The position numbers and the translations under genes are program-made. The notes beneath the pieces were generated by a model. It was not told the origin of the DNA and made no database searches. It was given only the letters and a program-made list of their open reading frames with translations. 57,423 nucleotides of DNA from Thermoflexales bacterium. GTDB lineage: Bacteria > Chloroflexota > Anaerolineae > B4-G1 > DUEL01. Below, in pieces: positions 54,093 through 57,423 of this stretch (position 1 is the first letter of the stretch; the number at the start of each line of letters is the position of its first letter). The DNA lies in contig JACIWQ010000005.1 of assembly GCA_014360895.1 (NCBI GenBank), positions 1 to 57,423 on the forward strand, given 5' to 3'.

Positions 54093-56078
54093 TCAGTCGT
54101 TCCGCAGCACCAGCGGGAGGTAGACCCACGCGATGTACTCATCCGCCCCGATGTCGTAGCCTGCGCCGATAGGGCGCGGGTCGCCATCTATGTCGGCGGT
54201 CAGCCAAGGGATAGCGATGCCAGCATTTACAGCCGGTGAGCCCGCGCGCAGGTGATAATTCCCTGCTGCCGGATCCAGAAACAGCGGGTTGCGCCCGGTG
54301 ATAGCGTGAGTGCTGGTAATCGGAGCGCCGCCCCCCGTGTCGTAACCGTTTCCGAAGAAAAGCGTGTAATCCGCTACAGCACTGTTCCCCGCATCAGGCC
54401 AGGCTGTGATGCCACAAGCAGTGTGACTGACGATGATGTTGTTGGTGAGAGTGAGCGAAGAGTTCTGCCTCAACTCCACCCCCGAAGAGTCGTTCTGAAC
54501 GATGGTGTTGTGGACCAGCAGTCCCTGAGAGGGATCAGGGGAGGCCCAGCAATACACTCCACTCCCTGAGTTATGGGCGATAAAGTTGTTGGTGGCGGTA
54601 AAGAACGCGCTATTAGCGGTGGACAGGGCCCCACCGTGAAGAGCGTGATTGCCGATGATGATGTTGCTGTCCACCGTGGCCCCGCTGTAGAAGAGGTGCA
54701 GTCCTCCGCCGAAACCATAGCCATTGGCAGCAGCCCGGTTCCCGCGAATCACGTTGCTGGTGATCAGGGCATTGCTTTCATATCCATACCGAAGGTGAAG
54801 GCCGCCGCCATAGCTGTTAACGTTGAAACCAGCGGTGTTGCTCATGATGGTATTGTGAGAGACAAGGAGATTAGCACTACTGGTGCTTAGGAAAAGACCA
54901 CCACCGTATCCCTCGCCAGCAGCATTGGCCGTGTTGCTGACGATCAGGTTGCCGCCGATTACGCTGCCACTGCAACCCCAAAGGGCGATACCACCGCCGT
55001 AGCCATAGTGGTCGGTCCCCGTATAAGCGACGTTGTTTGTGATGACATTGGCGGAAATGATAGGAGAGGAATTCTCGCAGAAAATGCCGCCCCCGGATCC
55101 GGAACGGTTCAGGCTGGCAGCGGACGCGTTGTGGCCGTAGATCAGGTTGCTGTAGATCCACGGGCTGCTATTTCCCTCCACGTGAATACCCCGCCCGTTA
55201 AAGGCGATGGTGTTGGAGATGACGACCGGCATTGCGCCGTGGGCAATGTGAATGCCATAGAATTTGTTGCCCAGCAACTGGCCCACGGTGCCCATTAAAC
55301 CGATCCGGTTATTGCGAATCTCGCCGCTCCCCACATAGTCCATCGCCACCCCGCTCCAGCCATTGCTGGCGATCCAGTTGCCGGTAATCACATTACCGCC
55401 CCCATACCAGACACTGACTCCATGCCAGCCGTTGCCCATTCCCCCAAAGCCCTGCGGACAGGTACCGATATAGTTGGCCGCCACGGTATTGCTGGTCGTT
55501 GTGCTCCCCGTAATCAACACTCCGTGCTGGCCGTTGCCCCAAATGATGTTACTTTGGTGGGTTCCGGCTCCACCAATGACGTTGTTCCGCGCGCCACCGT
55601 ACAGGTAGACGCCATGCTGAGCAAACTCTCTAATTTCCAGCCCGTAGATGGCGCAGTTAGAGGCGGTAATCACCAGGCCGCTGAACGTGCCGGAAGTACC
55701 CCTCAGTCGGACACCAGGGCCAACGTACGCAGGGCTCTCCTGCCACCAATCGCTCCCGTCAATCACTGTGCCGTTGTCGGTGAGGGCAGGTAGCGGTGTG
55801 GTGGGCGTGATCCACATGGGGCCGCTGAACTTGATGGTCTGTGATCCAGAGCAGGCGTTGGCTTCCTGGATGGCGGCGCGCAGAGTGCATTTACCGCCCA
55901 ATGTGCGGCATGTGCAGTTCCCCGGATGCTCGTCTATCTCGTCCTCTGAAGTATCTACAATAAATATCTCGCCGCCCGCTGCCCGGGCCACGGGTGACCG
56001 GCTCAGGGTCAGCAATCCCAACACCAGGGCCAGGAACAGCCCGGCCAGCCCGATGCTCAACCAGAGCCTGAGTCTCAT
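54093..56078 (-). CDS. Secreted right-handed beta-helix protein, CSLREA-type N-terminus, choice-of-anchor-Q-like end and VYLPLVLR tail
   Basis: CTLRAAIQEAN; GGG/N-rich beta-helix repeats; YHL..GSPAVNAG, DIDGDPRP..YDIGADE. Confidence 0.85.
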   Translation of the reverse strand: MRLRLWLSIGLAGLFLALVLGLLTLSRSPVARAAGGEIFIVDTSEDEIDEHPGNCTCRTLGGKCTLRAAIQEANACSGSQTIKFSGPMWITPTTPLPALTDNGTVIDGSDWWQESPAYVGPGVRLRGTSGTFSGLVITASNCAIYGLEIREFAQHGVYLYGGARNNVIGGAGTHQSNIIWGNGQHGVLITGSTTTSNTVAANYIGTCPQGFGGMGNGWHGVSVWYGGGNVITGNWIASNGWSGVAMDYVGSGEIRNNRIGLMGTVGQLLGNKFYGIHIAHGAMPVVISNTIAFNGRGIHVEGNSSPWIYSNLIYGHNASAASLNRSGSGGGIFCENSSPIISANVITNNVAYTGTDHYGYGGGIALWGCSGSVIGGNLIVSNTANAAGEGYGGGLFLSTSSANLLVSHNTIMSNTAGFNVNSYGGGLHLRYGYESNALITSNVIRGNRAAANGYGFGGGLHLFYSGATVDSNIIIGNHALHGGALSTANSAFFTATNNFIAHNSGSGVYCWASPDPSQGLLVHNTIVQNDSSGVELRQNSSLTLTNNIIVSHTACGITAWPDAGNSAVADYTLFFGNGYDTGGGAPITSTHAITGRNPLFLDPAAGNYHLRAGSPAVNAGIAIPWLTADIDGDPRPIGAGYDIGADEYIAWVYLPLVLRND

Positions 56079-56092
56079 CACCCACCTCCTGC

Positions 56093-56160
56093 CGCGTATC
56101 GCGTATCGCGTATCGCATATCGCTTATCGCCTATCGCTTATTGCCCATCGCTGATCGCTG
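56093..56160. repeat. Heptamer array ATCGCNT, about 9 copies
   Basis: Directly visible; a short related tract is at 53951-53975. Confidence 0.92.
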
Positions 56161-56192
56161 GATCACATCGGTCCATACGCCCTCCTTCCCTG

Positions 56193-56275
56193 CTCACGTT
56201 TCACTCTTCACGTTTCACTCTTCACGCTTCACTCCTCACGTTTCACTCTTCACGCTTCACTCCTCACGTTTCACT
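56193..56275. repeat. Alternating heptamer array (14-bp period) YTCACGY-TTCACTC
   Basis: Directly visible; reverse-strand relative of the 20354 array. Confidence 0.92.
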
Positions 56276-57423
56276 ACGGCACCTCCTGCCACATCCCCGA
56301 TGAGGTATCCCACCCGGCGGCCTGGATCACTTTCCCGTCCAGCCGGCGCACGTAGAAGGGGACGCCGATGGACTCCGCGATCCGCATCTGCCACTGGGTA
56401 TAGAAGCCCTGTTCGGGAGCCGTGGCCCAGCCCAGGCCATCCCGCACATGGGAATTGGTCCGCCAGAGTTTGCCGAACCCACGAATCGGCTGATAGAGCC
56501 CCGCCGGGGGCACAATGGACGGGTCGCTCTCCATCTCGCCGTCCACAAAGGTATCCGCGTACTTCTCGTAGCGGCCGTCGTTGTAGAGAACCAGGATGAC
56601 CTTCTGGTAGACGTTGGACTCGGTGCGTACCTCCTGCAGCCAGATCATCCGACCCCGCTCAAAGGGCTCCTCGGCGGCCCAGGTGGTGCTGGCTTCGTAG
56701 GCCGGACAGGTCCGTTCACTGGTGGGGAAGAAGTAGGAGTACCGGCAGGGCCAGGACACCACCGCCGTGGCCTGGACACTGTTGCCCGCCGCGTCCCGCG
56801 CGACCAGGGTCATCACAGGATCGCGGTACAGGGTCATCCCAATGTCCACCGTCCGGGTACCCTCGCCGGGCGGCGTGGCCTCCCAGTACAGAGGGAAGCG
56901 CATCTGGGTACCGCTCCAGATGCCCGCGCCCGTCGCACCCGTGGTCCGCCAGTAGAACCGGATCCGCTTGCCCGCCGGGGGCAGGTCCTGTACCACCTCC
57001 GCGGTGAAGGCGAGAATGGCCAGCCCGGACGGCGGTGGGGCGGTGGGCGTCACGCAGACCACGCCGCAGCCGCCGGGACATGCCCCGGGAGTGGGGCACA
57101 TCAGGACCCCGCCGGAGGGGCAAGGCGGGGGCGTGCAGACCGGAGCCGCCGTGGCCGTGGGCGTCCCCGGCACCACAATCTGCACCCAGATGACGACACC
57201 GAAGCGGGTACCGTCCGGCGCCTGGAACTGGTAGTTGGCCCGGTAGGTGCCGGGCGCGGACGGGGCGACCAGGCTCACGCTCACATCCGTCTGCGCGCCG
57301 GGGGCCAGCGCGGGCACGTCCACCGCCGGGCCCCCCATTGGGGCACCGGAGATGAAGACCAGTTTCGTCCCCGGCTCCCAGGCGCAGGTTCCGGAGTTGC
57401 GCACCCGCCAGGTCTTGACGAAG
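56274..57423 (-). CDS. Secreted NBR1-Ig-like domain protein (5' end outside the window)
   Basis: KTWRVRNSGTCAW, PG...DVSV.L.AP..PG.Y, G..FG..IWV.I; C-terminal FERG.M and PIRGFGKLW motifs. Confidence 0.8.
   Translation of the reverse strand, partial: FVKTWRVRNSGTCAWEPGTKLVFISGAPMGGPAVDVPALAPGAQTDVSVSLVAPSAPGTYRANYQFQAPDGTRFGVVIWVQIVVPGTPTATAAPVCTPPPCPSGGVLMCPTPGACPGGCGVVCVTPTAPPPSGLAILAFTAEVVQDLPPAGKRIRFYWRTTGATGAGIWSGTQMRFPLYWEATPPGEGTRTVDIGMTLYRDPVMTLVARDAAGNSVQATAVVSWPCRYSYFFPTSERTCPAYEASTTWAAEEPFERGRMIWLQEVRTESNVYQKVILVLYNDGRYEKYADTFVDGEMESDPSIVPPAGLYQPIRGFGKLWRTNSHVRDGLGWATAPEQGFYTQWQMRIAESIGVPFYVRRLDGKVIQAAGWDTSSGMWQEVP

Noticed and set aside
1-57423. tRNA, rRNA or transposase genes
   Set aside because: None recognised by eye; a tRNAscan, Rfam or ISEScan run would be needed to exclude them formally

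Overview
High-GC bacterial chromosomal segment, most likely Chloroflexota (Anaerolineae-like). This is inferred from C-terminal VYLPLVLR tails, CSLREA-type and NBR1-Ig-type secreted proteins, and a Zn-ribbon-fused TopA. It carries hppA, then a division/cell-wall (dcw) cluster: mraZ-rsmH-ftsL?-ftsI-murF-mraY-murD-ftsW-murG-murC-murB-ddl-ftsQ-ftsA-ftsZ, with no murE. That cluster is interrupted by three PIN toxin-antitoxin pairs, an ABC-ATPase plus PD-(D/E)xK-like pair, a GxxExxY nuclease-like gene, a Schlafen/AlbA_2-ATPase gene and two small proteins. Downstream lie a catalytically degenerate Xer-like gene, a 2-oxoacid:ferredoxin oxidoreductase, a sugar ABC operon, perR-rubrerythrin, an L,D-transpeptidase, a GH4 enzyme, ffh-rpsP-khpA-rimM-dprA-manC-topA, thrC and a cluster of secreted proteins. 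The most striking unexplained signal is non-coding. Many gene junctions hold short-period (7, 8, 9 or 10 bp) tandem arrays, often paired as inverted hairpins, plus REP/MITE-like palindromes. These bracket the GxxExxY gene as direct repeats, supply start codons, stop codons and terminal peptides of essential proteins, and one 44-bp copy sits in frame inside murC. All calls are by eye from the sequence and ORF track; no searches were run.
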